64,000 nucleotides of DNA from an uncultured Oscillospiraceae bacterium (GTDB lineage Bacteria; Bacillota; Clostridia; UMGS1883): assembly GCA_964390145.1 (NCBI GenBank), contig CAYMHB010000003.1, positions 3,145-67,144 on the forward strand, in the 5' to 3' direction. The notes beneath the pieces were generated by a model that was not told where the DNA came from, did no database searches, and saw only the letters and a program-made list of their open reading frames with translations. Shown here one piece after another: positions 38,179 to 47,789 of this stretch. Made by a program: the position numbers and the translations under genes. Positions within the stretch are counted from its first letter, which is position 1; each line of letters opens with the position of its first letter.

Positions 38179-39024
38179 CTAAAGTTCTATTTTTCTGTTT
38201 GCGATAATTTCATTCTCCTGCGACGGAGTATAGCCGAAATATGTTGTGTAGTTCCTGAAAAATGTTGCGTAGTCACTAAATCCGCATGATGAAAAAACTG
38301 CACTTGGCTTTTCTCCAAGTCGTATCAGCTTCTGTGCTTTTGCAAGCCGTCTGATATTGATATACTTTTTTGGAGTTATCTGCAGAAACTCCGAAAACAA
38401 ATGATGCAAGTGGCTCTTGTTCGTGCAGAGATGTTGTGCCATATCGTCAACCGATATCTGTTCGCAGTAATGTTCATCTATATACTTAATAGCATTTCTA
38501 ATAGTAGGGTGCACGCTTATTAGTTCGTTATCAAAGTCATCAGGATGGGAAATGGAAATGTTGAATAACAACTCTTCAATGACATTTGTTAATAAAAGAC
38601 CAAGATCATCGCCTTCGAAATTCTGACAATAGAAATCCATTCTGCTGAATAAATCAACAATGTAGTTGTTGCCGTTGCAGTCAATACAGCAAAGTTTTTT
38701 TGGAATTCTGTGAAAAATCTGGTTGCCTAATATATTTTCATCAAAAAGTATGTTGTAACGCTCGTAAACGGAAGAATCTTCAAATATGATTTTGTGGGGG
38801 GTGTTCGCCCTGAAAATCATAAGACTGTTCTTTTTAAGTTTGTAAATCTTATCTCCAATCATTCCCGAAACATTGCCTTTTTTAAGGAAAATCAGTTCAC
38901 AGATATCGTGCACATGGAATCCCGGAATTGCATCTTTCGGGGAAGAATTGGCGGCATAATTAAATAATATTGTCTCGTTTTCGTATGAAGAAATTACTTT
39001 TAGCAAGGTTTTCACATCCTTCAT
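38179..39024 (-). CDS. AraC-family transcriptional regulator (cupin N-terminal domain plus HTH)
   Basis: It has a C-terminal double HTH (ISVDDMAQHLCTNKSHLHHLF...YINIRRLAKAQKLI). It is divergent from the oxidoreductase locus. Confidence 0.85.
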   Translation of the reverse strand: MKDVKTLLKVISSYENETILFNYAANSSPKDAIPGFHVHDICELIFLKKGNVSGMIGDKIYKLKKNSLMIFRANTPHKIIFEDSSVYERYNILFDENILGNQIFHRIPKKLCCIDCNGNNYIVDLFSRMDFYCQNFEGDDLGLLLTNVIEELLFNISISHPDDFDNELISVHPTIRNAIKYIDEHYCEQISVDDMAQHLCTNKSHLHHLFSEFLQITPKKYINIRRLAKAQKLIRLGEKPSAVFSSCGFSDYATFFRNYTTYFGYTPSQENEIIANRKIEL

Positions 39025-39142
39025 AAGGATTATAGTACATTTTCACACTTTTTGCAATATGAAAACATATTTTTTCGTATTTACCTTTTTAAAAATATCA
39101 TTTATTCTTATTATATAATCTATTTTTACGGAGGTTATGATT

Positions 39143-40419
39143 ATGAAAAAATTAAACGTTGCCATAATTGGCCAGGGAAGAAGCGGTCGCGATATTCACG
39201 GCTATTACTTCAAAAACTTCGGTACAGAACTTTATAATGTTGTAGCGGTGGTAGACCGTGACGCAAGAAGAAGGGAAATAGCACTTGCTGAGTATCCAGG
39301 TTGCGAAGCTTTTGAATCGTATCAGGAACTGTATGGCAGAAAAGATATTGACCTTGTAATAAACTCTACAATTTCCAATGAGCACTTTCAGGTTGCAAAG
39401 GAAAAAGGTGTCAAACTCGGTGTGTTCCAGCAGACTTTCTTGACACCTTATTACTTAAAATCGCAGGAAGTTATTGCAAGCGGGAAACTCGGCGAAATCA
39501 AGCAGGTTGATATTACATTCAGTGGTTTCTCGAGAAGATGGGACTGGCAGTGTGCACAGATGCAAAAGCTATGCTTGAAAACGAAAAAACAGATGTTTGC
39601 TGTATCCTTACTCCCAGCGGTATACACCGTGACTGTGTTTGCCTTTGTGCCCAGCACGGAGTAAATGTTCTTTGTGAAAAACCGCTTGAGGTTACACGCG
39701 AAAAAATGCAGAAAATGATAGATTGTTGCCACGAAAACAACGTGAAACTTGGCTGCATTTTCCAAAGGCGCACCTATGAAGGTGTTATAAAATCGAAAGA
39801 AGCCGTTGAAAAAGGATATCTTGGTAAAGTTACTCTTGCGGATGCATCGCTTAAGTATTACAGGGATCAGGAATATTATGACAGCGGCGAGTGGAGGGCA
39901 ACGTGGGAACTTGACGGAGGCGGTGCGCTGATGAATCAGGGCGTGCATGGCGTTGATATGCTTCAATATGTCATGGGCGGAGTTCATTCTGTGAATGCTA
40001 TCTGCAAAAATCTGGTCTGGGATATAGAGGTCGAGGATACTGCCGTAGTTATGGTCAAGTTCAAAAACGGTGCAGTCGGTGTCATTCAGGCGGCGACCAG
40101 CGTTTATCCGGGACTGGATACAGTTCTTAGCTTCCACGGTTCTGAAGGAAGTATTTCTTTCGGAGACGAAAGTCTTCTCCTTTGGAATCTGAAAGATAAA
40201 AACATCGAGCCACCTGTAATTAACGGAAGTATGGGAGGAGAAAACTGTCAGTACTCAACTACTAATTCAGGACACATAATTTTGGTTGAAGATATGGCAA
40301 TGTCTTTAATTGAGGGAAGAGACCCGATGATAACAGGCGAGGATGCTAAAAAAAGCGTGGAAATCATCCTTGCTATATATGAATCTGCACGGACAGGAAA
40401 AGAAATTATTCTTGATTAA
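39143..40419 (+). pseudogene. decayed and chimeric Gfo/Idh/MocA-family oxidoreductase locus (two overlapping frames)
   Basis: Frame A (39137/39143..39664) has the Rossmann motif VAIIGQGRSGR but lacks the ...AGKHVLCEKP... segment and ends out of frame after RRWDWQ. Frame B (39538..40419) starts mid-Rossmann (CTDAKAMLENEKTDV...VLCEKPLEV...) without GxGxxG. Confidence 0.65.
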
Positions 40420-40424
40420 GAAAA

Positions 40425-40449
40425 TGACCGCCCGCGGGCGGTTATTTTT
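40425..40449 (+). terminator. Rho-independent terminator
   Basis: The GC-rich palindrome accgcccgcgggcggt is followed by a T-run. Confidence 0.75.
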
Positions 40450-40450
40450 A

Positions 40451-40479
40451 TTGACATTTTCACTCTAAAATGTTAATAT
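40451..40479 (+). promoter_or_regulatory. sigma-A-type promoter for mntP
   Basis: The elements are TTGACA, a 17-nt spacer, and TAATAT. Confidence 0.6.
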
Positions 40480-40510
40480 ATTATGGTATTTCAACGAAGG
40501 AGCGTAATAT

Positions 40511-41092
40511 ATGGATTTTGGTTTTATATTTACTAATGCAGCTTTCGGAATCGGTCTTGCTATGGATGCGTTCTCAGTTTCTCTTGCTGACGGACTTCGC
40601 GAGCCTTGCATGAAAAGAAAGAAAATATTCCTGATTGCAATTGTATTTACGATTTTTCAGGGGTTGATGCCCATCATCGGTTGGTTCTGCGTTCATTCAA
40701 TCGCAGAAAAGTTTGAGGCTTTTGAACCTTTCATACCGTGGATTGCACTTGCACTTCTTCTTTACATAGGTGTCGGAATGATTCGCGAAGGCTTTTGCGA
40801 GGAAGAAGATGCTTGTTCATGCAACGAAGCACTTAGTTTTACCGCCCTTATGGTTCAGGGTATTGCAACCTCAATCGACGCACTTTCTGTTGGATTTACA
40901 ATCGCTGAATACGGTGCTTTAAAGGCGGTTGCGGCAGCATCAATCATTGCGGCATTAACTTTTGTGATATGCTATGCAGGTGTTGTAATAGGTAAGAAAT
41001 TCGGTACGAAATTCGCACAGAAATCATCTGTTTTCGGCGGTATCATACTCATACTTATCGGACTTAAAATATTTATAGAAGGTGTAATGTAA
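40511..41092 (+). CDS. mntP: manganese efflux pump MntP
   Basis: It has the duplicated DUF204 motifs AMDAFSVSLADG and SIDALSVGFT, and 6 TM segments. Confidence 0.85.
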   Translation: MDFGFIFTNAAFGIGLAMDAFSVSLADGLREPCMKRKKIFLIAIVFTIFQGLMPIIGWFCVHSIAEKFEAFEPFIPWIALALLLYIGVGMIREGFCEEEDACSCNEALSFTALMVQGIATSIDALSVGFTIAEYGALKAVAAASIIAALTFVICYAGVVIGKKFGTKFAQKSSVFGGIILILIGLKIFIEGVM

Positions 41093-41093
41093 A

Positions 41094-41134
41094 ACAAAAA
41101 TACCGCAGGACATAAGTCCTGCGGTATTTTTGTT
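41094..41134. terminator. bidirectional terminator between convergent mntP and the SPFH gene
   Basis: The hairpin taccgcaggac ataa gtcctgcggta is flanked by an A-run and a T-run. Confidence 0.8.
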
Positions 41135-42019
41135 TTAGTCTTTAAAAAGTTCCTTACAACTTGAGGCAAGTCCGGCGAGTGACTGTATTTCAGATGGAAT
41201 AATAATCTTTGTTGCTTTACCGTCGGAAACTTTTTCCATTGTTTCAAGAGATTTAATCGCAATATAAGACTTCGAGGGATCTGCCTCGTTGATTTTCTTG
41301 ATACCTTCTGCGATAGCAGTCTGTACAGCGATAATAGCTTCAGCTTCACCTTCCGCTTCGCGGATTGCAGCTTGCTTTTTAGCTTCCGCGCGAAGAATTG
41401 CCGATTCTTTTTCGCCCTCTGCCATAAGAATTGAAGATTTCTTTTCACCCTCTGCGCGAAGAATTGCCTCGCGGCGTTCGCGCTCTGCCTTCATCTGTTT
41501 TTCCATCGCGTTCTGGATTTCTCTGGGAGGAATAATGTTTTTTAGCTCAACACGGTTGATTTTAATTCCCCAAGGGTCAGTAGCTTCGTCAAGAATGGCG
41601 CGCATCTTTGTATTTACTGTGTCGCGCGATGTAAGTGTTCCGTCAAGGTCAAGGTCACCGATTATATTACGAAGTGTAGTTGCGGTCAGATTTTCGATCG
41701 CCATCATAGGACGCTCAACGCCGTATGTGTATAGCTTGGGATCGGTTATCTGGAAATATACAACAGTATCAATCTGCATTGAAACATTATCCTTTGTAAT
41801 AACTGGCTGGGGAGGGAAGTCAACAACCTGTTCCTTGAGGTTTACTTTTTTTGAAATACGGTCGATAAAAGGAATTTTGAAATGAAGACCTACGCTCCAG
41901 GTTGTCTGATATCCGCCAAAACGTTCAATAACATAAGCGTATGCCTGCGGAACAACCTTGATGTTTGAGATTACAAGGATGATAAAAACCAAAAAAACAG
42001 TAAAAATAATGCTACCCAT
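41135..42019 (-). CDS. SPFH/band-7 (stomatin/prohibitin-like) protein
   Basis: It has an N-terminal TM, an SPFH core (VPQAYAYVIERFGGY...) and an EA-rich coiled coil. Confidence 0.9.
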   Translation of the reverse strand: MGSIIFTVFLVFIILVISNIKVVPQAYAYVIERFGGYQTTWSVGLHFKIPFIDRISKKVNLKEQVVDFPPQPVITKDNVSMQIDTVVYFQITDPKLYTYGVERPMMAIENLTATTLRNIIGDLDLDGTLTSRDTVNTKMRAILDEATDPWGIKINRVELKNIIPPREIQNAMEKQMKAERERREAILRAEGEKKSSILMAEGEKESAILRAEAKKQAAIREAEGEAEAIIAVQTAIAEGIKKINEADPSKSYIAIKSLETMEKVSDGKATKIIIPSEIQSLAGLASSCKELFKD

Positions 42020-42041
42020 ATAAACTCTCCTTTTATTATTT

Positions 42042-42464
42042 TTAAATTTTATCTACAATCAATTTAACGCCGTCAATCTCTTTAACTGTGACATATGAAT
42101 CCTTCTCAATAGGCTCCCCGTCAGCACTTCTGGCACTCCACTCTATACCGCGGAGTTTTACGCTTCCTTTTGCATCAATATTGGATATGTCGTCAGTTAC
42201 AATTGCAGACTGCCCGATAAGAGCATCTGCATTTGTTTTTGCAGGCTCTTTAGATTTAAGTTTATCCACAATTTTCTTTGTGGATACTAAAAGTATCGCG
42301 GAAGAAATCACAAAAACACCGGTCTGTACAGTGGTGCTCAGGTTTAAAAGTGCGCATATAAGAGAACATAATGCTCCGCCGGCGAACCATATACATATAA
42401 GCTGGGTTGTTGACGCTTCAAGCACTAAGAAACCGATTAGTAATACCATCCACAAAATTTCCAT
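42042..42464 (-). CDS. NfeD-family membrane protein
   Basis: It has 3 N-terminal TM segments plus a C-terminal OB-like NfeD domain (GSVKLRGIEWSARS). It forms the canonical pair with the SPFH gene. Confidence 0.8.
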   Translation of the reverse strand: MEILWMVLLIGFLVLEASTTQLICIWFAGGALCSLICALLNLSTTVQTGVFVISSAILLVSTKKIVDKLKSKEPAKTNADALIGQSAIVTDDISNIDAKGSVKLRGIEWSARSADGEPIEKDSYVTVKEIDGVKLIVDKI

Positions 42465-42478
42465 ATAAAAACACCTCG

Positions 42479-44152
42479 CTAATTAAGATATTTATCAAAT
42501 ACATCCATTGTTCCTTCAGGGGTATCCATAAAGTAAGGTCTTGACAGGTTTTCACCGTCATAATCCGTTGCGTGCCACCATATACCAAGTTTGATTTTAT
42601 CGTATTTCGGAAGTGATTGGAACATATCCTCAATCCACGCGATTTTGTCGCCGCCGATAGCAGAACAGGAAAATTCAGTTATCATTACAGGCTTTTCGTT
42701 AAGTTGAATAACCTTTTCATATATCGGTTCATAAACCTCATCAAAACTTCTCCAGCTTTCGCCCTCATAATATGTGCCCGTGTTGTATCCGGTAATTCCG
42801 AATATATCAACATACTCATCTCCGGGGTAATAGAGAGACTGGTTATTCCACTTGTAATTCGGGAAACTGATTTCATTGGGATTCCATACCCACAGAGTAT
42901 TTTCACAACCTATACTGCTGAATCTGTCGTAAAGGTATCTGTACACCTCAACATAAATTTTCGGGTCGCGTGAAGTGTGATATGAACTGTAGTTGCACCA
43001 GTCACCGTTCATTTCGTTAAAGGGTCTGAAAAGGATGGTTACATCAGGATATTTTGATATGAGTTTTGCATATTCGTCAATGAAATAATCATATTTTCCG
43101 TCGAGGATTTCATACATCATATTGGCACTGCTCATCTCTCTGCCAAGCGGTGTCTGAAGTGTAAGCTCAATCGCCCTGCCGGTATCTTGTGCGTAGGTGA
43201 AACTGCGCTCTACTTTTTCAATGTACTGTTTAACATACGTGGGATATTGACTTTCCCCGATTGCAGTTATATCAGCAATTTCTGTATAAACAAGAAAGGC
43301 GCAGAACTTGTAGCCGAGTCTTTCTTCAAACGCTTCCATTTTGGCAAAACCACCGAATTTATCAGGGGAGAACATGCCCATTTTAAAGGATGAGTCTTCT
43401 CCGAAAAGTTCGTTGTAAGTTTCTTTTGCAGCTGCGTTAAGTCTTGAAATATCAGTTCCTTTATACCCCTTGTTGTAAGCGTTTGCACGGGGAACAGACG
43501 GGTCAAATGTTAAAAGTGAATTTACGATATCTGTATACCCGCCATACAGGTTAAAGGGAATATTTGAATTAAAGAAAAATGTGTAAACTCGCGCACCGAT
43601 ACAAACATCAACACAAGCATAGTAATTTTTGTCATCCTTTACTTTGGTAAGGCGCTTACGGGACCATTCGGTTATGTAGTATTCGGTATCTCCCTCTGTG
43701 AAGCTCTCTTTTTTTGTGAGTTTGTGGTCATCGGTATTATCGAGAAATCTATTGGAATAATTAAGGTACGAAAGTCTCTCATTTGAAGTATCAAAGCTTT
43801 CTTTGAATATTTTAAGCGTTATATATTCGTCAGAAAAAATGGCACACACATCTGAAATTGACATATCAATTTCCAGTGAAGCAGGAATGACCACAGAATA
43901 TCCGTCAACAAGGTTAGTGAATTTGATTTTCTTTGCCGAAACACTTTCTGTGAAATACATTTCGTCTTCTGATTTCATTTGATTGTTATTGGCGACAGGT
44001 AGATTTTCGTTATCAAGAAGTGCATCGCCAGCCATCCAGATAGGAGCAGAAAGAACCCGCGTTTCTTCGGGTGTTGACGCACTTGCAACTGTAGAAAAGA
44101 CTATCGCAAGAAGTGTTGTTATTGATATCAGCTTTTTCGTTGTGTAGTTCAT
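42479..44152 (-). CDS. secreted protein with a C-terminal glycoside hydrolase family 26-like domain
   Basis: It has a signal peptide. LFRPFNEMNGDWCNY contains the acid/base Glu motif. The other motifs are VWNPN, YPGDEYVDIFG, and VMITEFS with the nucleophile Glu. Confidence 0.6.
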   Translation of the reverse strand: MNYTTKKLISITTLLAIVFSTVASASTPEETRVLSAPIWMAGDALLDNENLPVANNNQMKSEDEMYFTESVSAKKIKFTNLVDGYSVVIPASLEIDMSISDVCAIFSDEYITLKIFKESFDTSNERLSYLNYSNRFLDNTDDHKLTKKESFTEGDTEYYITEWSRKRLTKVKDDKNYYACVDVCIGARVYTFFFNSNIPFNLYGGYTDIVNSLLTFDPSVPRANAYNKGYKGTDISRLNAAAKETYNELFGEDSSFKMGMFSPDKFGGFAKMEAFEERLGYKFCAFLVYTEIADITAIGESQYPTYVKQYIEKVERSFTYAQDTGRAIELTLQTPLGREMSSANMMYEILDGKYDYFIDEYAKLISKYPDVTILFRPFNEMNGDWCNYSSYHTSRDPKIYVEVYRYLYDRFSSIGCENTLWVWNPNEISFPNYKWNNQSLYYPGDEYVDIFGITGYNTGTYYEGESWRSFDEVYEPIYEKVIQLNEKPVMITEFSCSAIGGDKIAWIEDMFQSLPKYDKIKLGIWWHATDYDGENLSRPYFMDTPEGTMDVFDKYLN

Positions 44153-44221
44153 TGGTAATTTTCCTTTTTTGTGTGATGAAATAATTATAACACAGCAGTT
44201 TTCTGAATTCCAACGGGAATT

Positions 44222-45391
44222 TCAGGAAGTTGCCTTTTCAAGATAATATACAAACCTCTCAAAAGGTTTCGTATGTGCATTAAATATAATTTCGATTCCC
44301 ATATCGCGCGCTCGTTCAAGGATTCTTTCGCGCGCAGAAATATTTTTGGAAAGATAAGTACATATAAGCACCTTTTTTGCATATGTACCGCCAAGCGCCC
44401 TCGCGACGGAATCAAGTTCGTACAGCGCTTCTTTTTTTACTTCTCCGTTTTTGCATGACACAAACACGGGAAGGGAAGATGAGATTGCCATTACATCGAT
44501 TTCATTTTGTGTTTCAAAGTATTTTTTTCTGACATCCCACTCAATCTGCACCCCGACTTTTATGTCGGACAGACTTTTGGTTTCCGCCATTGCAATAGCC
44601 GAATAATACTCAAGCGCATTGCCCGATTTTTTAAGACACATTGAAACAATGTGCGATTTGATTTTATAAGTGAGAGTTCTTTCATTCTCATCAATTTTTC
44701 CGATGAGGTTTTTTTCCTCCAGAAGCCTTAAAACAGGATAGATATCACGCCTTGCACGAGTGATGTTTTTCTCCAAATCGCTTTTAATTATACCGAGAGT
44801 CTTATAATCCTCCGACAAAAACTCCGATACTGCATTACACATGGCGCTAAATGCCTCGGGATTATGACTGTTTACTTCGAAAACACTTTTGAGTGTGGCA
44901 ATATCTTCATATGTAAAAGAATTTATGTCATCGTATGACAGCACGTGTCCGCCCTGAAGCGATATAAGGTCAAATACGCCAAGCGAGGCTTTTTTAAAGG
45001 ATAAATTTTTCGGCCTTCCATGAACAAAAGTACATTTTTTGGTCCTTACATCTATACGGATTACGGGAATTGAATAACGCTCTGAAATTACGCCGACATT
45101 GGTCAAAATAACATCCTCGCCACCGGTTGCATCGAAAACAGCGTCAGGATTGCTTTTTATAATTTGAACCAGTCTGTTTTTTATGGATGCCTCGTTATCG
45201 CGCTCAACATAATAAAATTCCAAAGGAACACTGTACTTTATTCTGTCAAAAAACAGGCGGATGTTATTGATTTTTTCACCCGTCATAACCTCTTTTGTCC
45301 CTACATAAACAAGCTTCTTAATGTCAAGACTGACGGGCGTTATTATATTTTCATATTGCTTTGCGTCAAAAATCTCAATAAGCGTACACAT
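44222..45391 (-). CDS. CARF-domain protein with a C-terminal DUF1887 / PD-(D/E)xK nuclease-like domain (Card1/Can2-like)
   Basis: It has an N-terminal Rossmann-like CARF region (VFDATGGEDVIL). The C-terminus NEIDVMAISSSLPVFVSCKNGEV matches the Card1-type D...(E)xK block. The size is ~390 aa. Confidence 0.6.
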   Translation of the reverse strand: MCTLIEIFDAKQYENIITPVSLDIKKLVYVGTKEVMTGEKINNIRLFFDRIKYSVPLEFYYVERDNEASIKNRLVQIIKSNPDAVFDATGGEDVILTNVGVISERYSIPVIRIDVRTKKCTFVHGRPKNLSFKKASLGVFDLISLQGGHVLSYDDINSFTYEDIATLKSVFEVNSHNPEAFSAMCNAVSEFLSEDYKTLGIIKSDLEKNITRARRDIYPVLRLLEEKNLIGKIDENERTLTYKIKSHIVSMCLKKSGNALEYYSAIAMAETKSLSDIKVGVQIEWDVRKKYFETQNEIDVMAISSSLPVFVSCKNGEVKKEALYELDSVARALGGTYAKKVLICTYLSKNISARERILERARDMGIEIIFNAHTKPFERFVYYLEKATS

Positions 45392-45537
45392 AATTACCCT
45401 GCTTTCTCTAATTGCAAGAAGGTTAAATACAATATATAGAATATTGCAATCATATTATACTGCAAAATATAGAAAATGTCAATTAAAGCACGAAAACAAA
45501 ATATAGCAAAAAACTTGATTTCAAAAGCATAAAAATA

Positions 45538-45566
45538 TTGCATTTTATTACTGAAAAGTATATAAT
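45538..45566 (+). promoter_or_regulatory. sigma-A-type promoter for the ABC/DUF1854 operon
   Basis: The elements are TTGCAT, a 17-nt spacer, and TATAAT. Confidence 0.55.
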
Positions 45567-45610
45567 AAAATAAGGTATGTATGTTTTCTTGAAAAGGAGG
45601 CGGCAAAGAT

Positions 45611-47776
45611 ATGAAAAACGAAACTGATTATTGTGAAAAAGAGATGTTCGAAAAACTTGAAAAAATCGGTATCGATACAAGTAGCATCATAGCTACTCTT
45701 GTAACTGATCTTGACCGCCCCGCAAGTTACGGTAAAACAACTCTTTGTGCTTTGACGGACGCTCTTTGCATACTTGGCGAAGATGGAAGTTTCATTCTCA
45801 AAAATTATAAAGACATTTCGGATGTCTACACAGATACATATGTTTCTTCCGGCTCGCTCATTATAAGGGAGGGCGAAAAACTCTCTGCAATTGCTGATTT
45901 CACACTCGCAGTTTCGGCGCGTGTGGAGTGGTTTGTGAATATCCTTCAAAAACTTCTCGCAGGTGAAGTGCCGAATGCGGATGAAAGCGCTATCAGGCAA
46001 AACGCAGATTTTGAATATATAAACAGCGGCAGAAAGAAACTTTTCCTAAGAGTGCTTTCCTATGTGCCGAGGTATAAAAAACATCTTATTGCTATGATGG
46101 CAATCATCATACTCTCGGCACTTGTGAATTTGTTGCCTCCGTATTTATCGGGTAATATTTTATATGATGAGGTGTTAAATCCCGACGGAAAATATGCAGG
46201 GGCAATTTTACCTCTTGTTTCGATTCTTGTGCTTATATCGGCTGTGACAGTTGTCCTCGGAATACTTCTCGGCAGAATTGGTGCAGAAATGTCGGGTAAC
46301 ATTATCTACGACATCAAAACGGAAGTTTTTTCTGCTATGCAAAATCTCGGGATGAGCTTTTTCTCATCAAAACGCACGGGAAATCTGCTCAACCGCATAA
46401 ACAGCGATGCACTTGATATTCAGTACTTCCTGAATGACGGACTGCCGAACTTCATAATAAATGCGGCTACAATATGTGCAATCGGACTTTTCCTTTTTAT
46501 CGTAAATCCGATTCTTTCCGTTGCGGTTCTGGTGCCGGTACCCATTATCGCGCTTATTATTAAAAAATCCACAAGGAAGTTTAAAAAAATCAAGTGGCAC
46601 ACATGGCGCCGTTCTTCAACAATGAACTCTGTTATAAACGATACGCTTTTGGGTGTTCGGGTGGTAAAGGCTTTCGGCAAAGAGGAAACTGAAATAGAAA
46701 GATTCAATGAATCAAGCAGACTCCTTGCGGAAAACAAAGTCCGTGAAGGCGTTGCCGCGGCAAAAGTTTTCCCGATGCTCAGCTTCATTATGTCGCTCGG
46801 CGGGCTTATCGTATGGGGAATTGGCGGCGGACAGGTTATCCGCGGAAAACTTACATTCGGTGAACTTATGACATTTGTCGGTTACCTTTCACTTTTGTAC
46901 GCACCGGTTAATTTTATGGTTAAGACATTTGACTGGTGGACTAACTGTATGAACAGCGCCCAGCGTATTTTTGAGGTTATCGACAGAAAAACCGATGTGC
47001 CCGAAAAAGAAAATGCGGCTAATATCAACGTGGAAGGAAATATCGAACTCAAAAATGTAACCTTCTCGTACGAACCAAACCGAACAGTGCTAAAAAACGT
47101 TTCCTTCACAGTTGAAAAAGGCGAAATGATTGGCCTTGTCGGACACAGTGGCGCAGGAAAAAGCACAATCACAAACCTTATTACCCGTCTTTACGATGTC
47201 AATGACGGAGAGGTTTTGATAGACGGAATAAATGTAAAAGATATCAGTTTCAATTGCCTTCGCGGCAGTATTGGTATGGTACTTCAGGAGACATTCCTTT
47301 TTGAAGGAACAATTGCGGAAAATATCGCGTACGGAAAGCCTGATGCTTCTACCGAAGAAATTGTAGAGGCGGCAAAAAAAGCATACGCACACGATTTTAT
47401 AACCTCGCTTCCTGACGGGTACGATACCCTGATTGGCAAAGGTGGTGCGGATTTATCAGGTGGTGAGAGGCAGCGTATAAGCATTGCCCGTGCAATTCTT
47501 ATGAATCCGCCTATACTTATTTTTGATGAGGCTACATCATCGCTTGATACGAAGACTGAACAGCAGATACAAATGGCGATGGATTTCTTGATGAAAGACA
47601 GGACGACCATTGCAATAGCGCACAGATTTTCAACTCTTAAAAATGCCAACAGGCTGATAGTAGTTGAAAAAGGCGAAATCGTTGAGGATGGCACGCACGA
47701 AGAACTCTTCAACAAAAAAGACGGCGTTTATGCAAGAATGGCACATCTTCAACTGGACGCGCTTAACCTTTCTTGA
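45611..47776 (+). CDS. ABC exporter half-transporter (TMD-NBD) with a ~140-aa N-terminal cytosolic extension
   Basis: It has Walker A GHSGAGKST, the signature LSGGERQRI, and Walker B ILIFDEATSSLD, with 6 TM segments. An AAAGGAGG RBS is present. Confidence 0.9.
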   Translation: MKNETDYCEKEMFEKLEKIGIDTSSIIATLVTDLDRPASYGKTTLCALTDALCILGEDGSFILKNYKDISDVYTDTYVSSGSLIIREGEKLSAIADFTLAVSARVEWFVNILQKLLAGEVPNADESAIRQNADFEYINSGRKKLFLRVLSYVPRYKKHLIAMMAIIILSALVNLLPPYLSGNILYDEVLNPDGKYAGAILPLVSILVLISAVTVVLGILLGRIGAEMSGNIIYDIKTEVFSAMQNLGMSFFSSKRTGNLLNRINSDALDIQYFLNDGLPNFIINAATICAIGLFLFIVNPILSVAVLVPVPIIALIIKKSTRKFKKIKWHTWRRSSTMNSVINDTLLGVRVVKAFGKEETEIERFNESSRLLAENKVREGVAAAKVFPMLSFIMSLGGLIVWGIGGGQVIRGKLTFGELMTFVGYLSLLYAPVNFMVKTFDWWTNCMNSAQRIFEVIDRKTDVPEKENAANINVEGNIELKNVTFSYEPNRTVLKNVSFTVEKGEMIGLVGHSGAGKSTITNLITRLYDVNDGEVLIDGINVKDISFNCLRGSIGMVLQETFLFEGTIAENIAYGKPDASTEEIVEAAKKAYAHDFITSLPDGYDTLIGKGGADLSGGERQRISIARAILMNPPILIFDEATSSLDTKTEQQIQMAMDFLMKDRTTIAIAHRFSTLKNANRLIVVEKGEIVEDGTHEELFNKKDGVYARMAHLQLDALNLS

Positions 47777-47789
47777 AAGGATGATGAAA

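Noticed and set aside
39451-40137. A 228-aa minus-strand ORF.
   Set aside because: It is antisense to the oxidoreductase remnants and has no recognisable features.
45411-45543. Recurrent ATATTGCA / TTGCAA motifs in the Card1-like/ABC divergent intergenic region, considered as regulator sites.
   Set aside because: They are more simply explained as -35-like hexamers of AT-rich divergent promoters. One of them forms a good TTGCAT-17-TATAAT promoter for the ABC operon.
47664-47789. A long N-terminal extension of the DUF1854 ORF in the six-frame track.
   Set aside because: The extension overlaps the last ~37 codons of the ABC gene in another frame and has no RBS. The ATG at 47790 follows AAAGGA at proper spacing.
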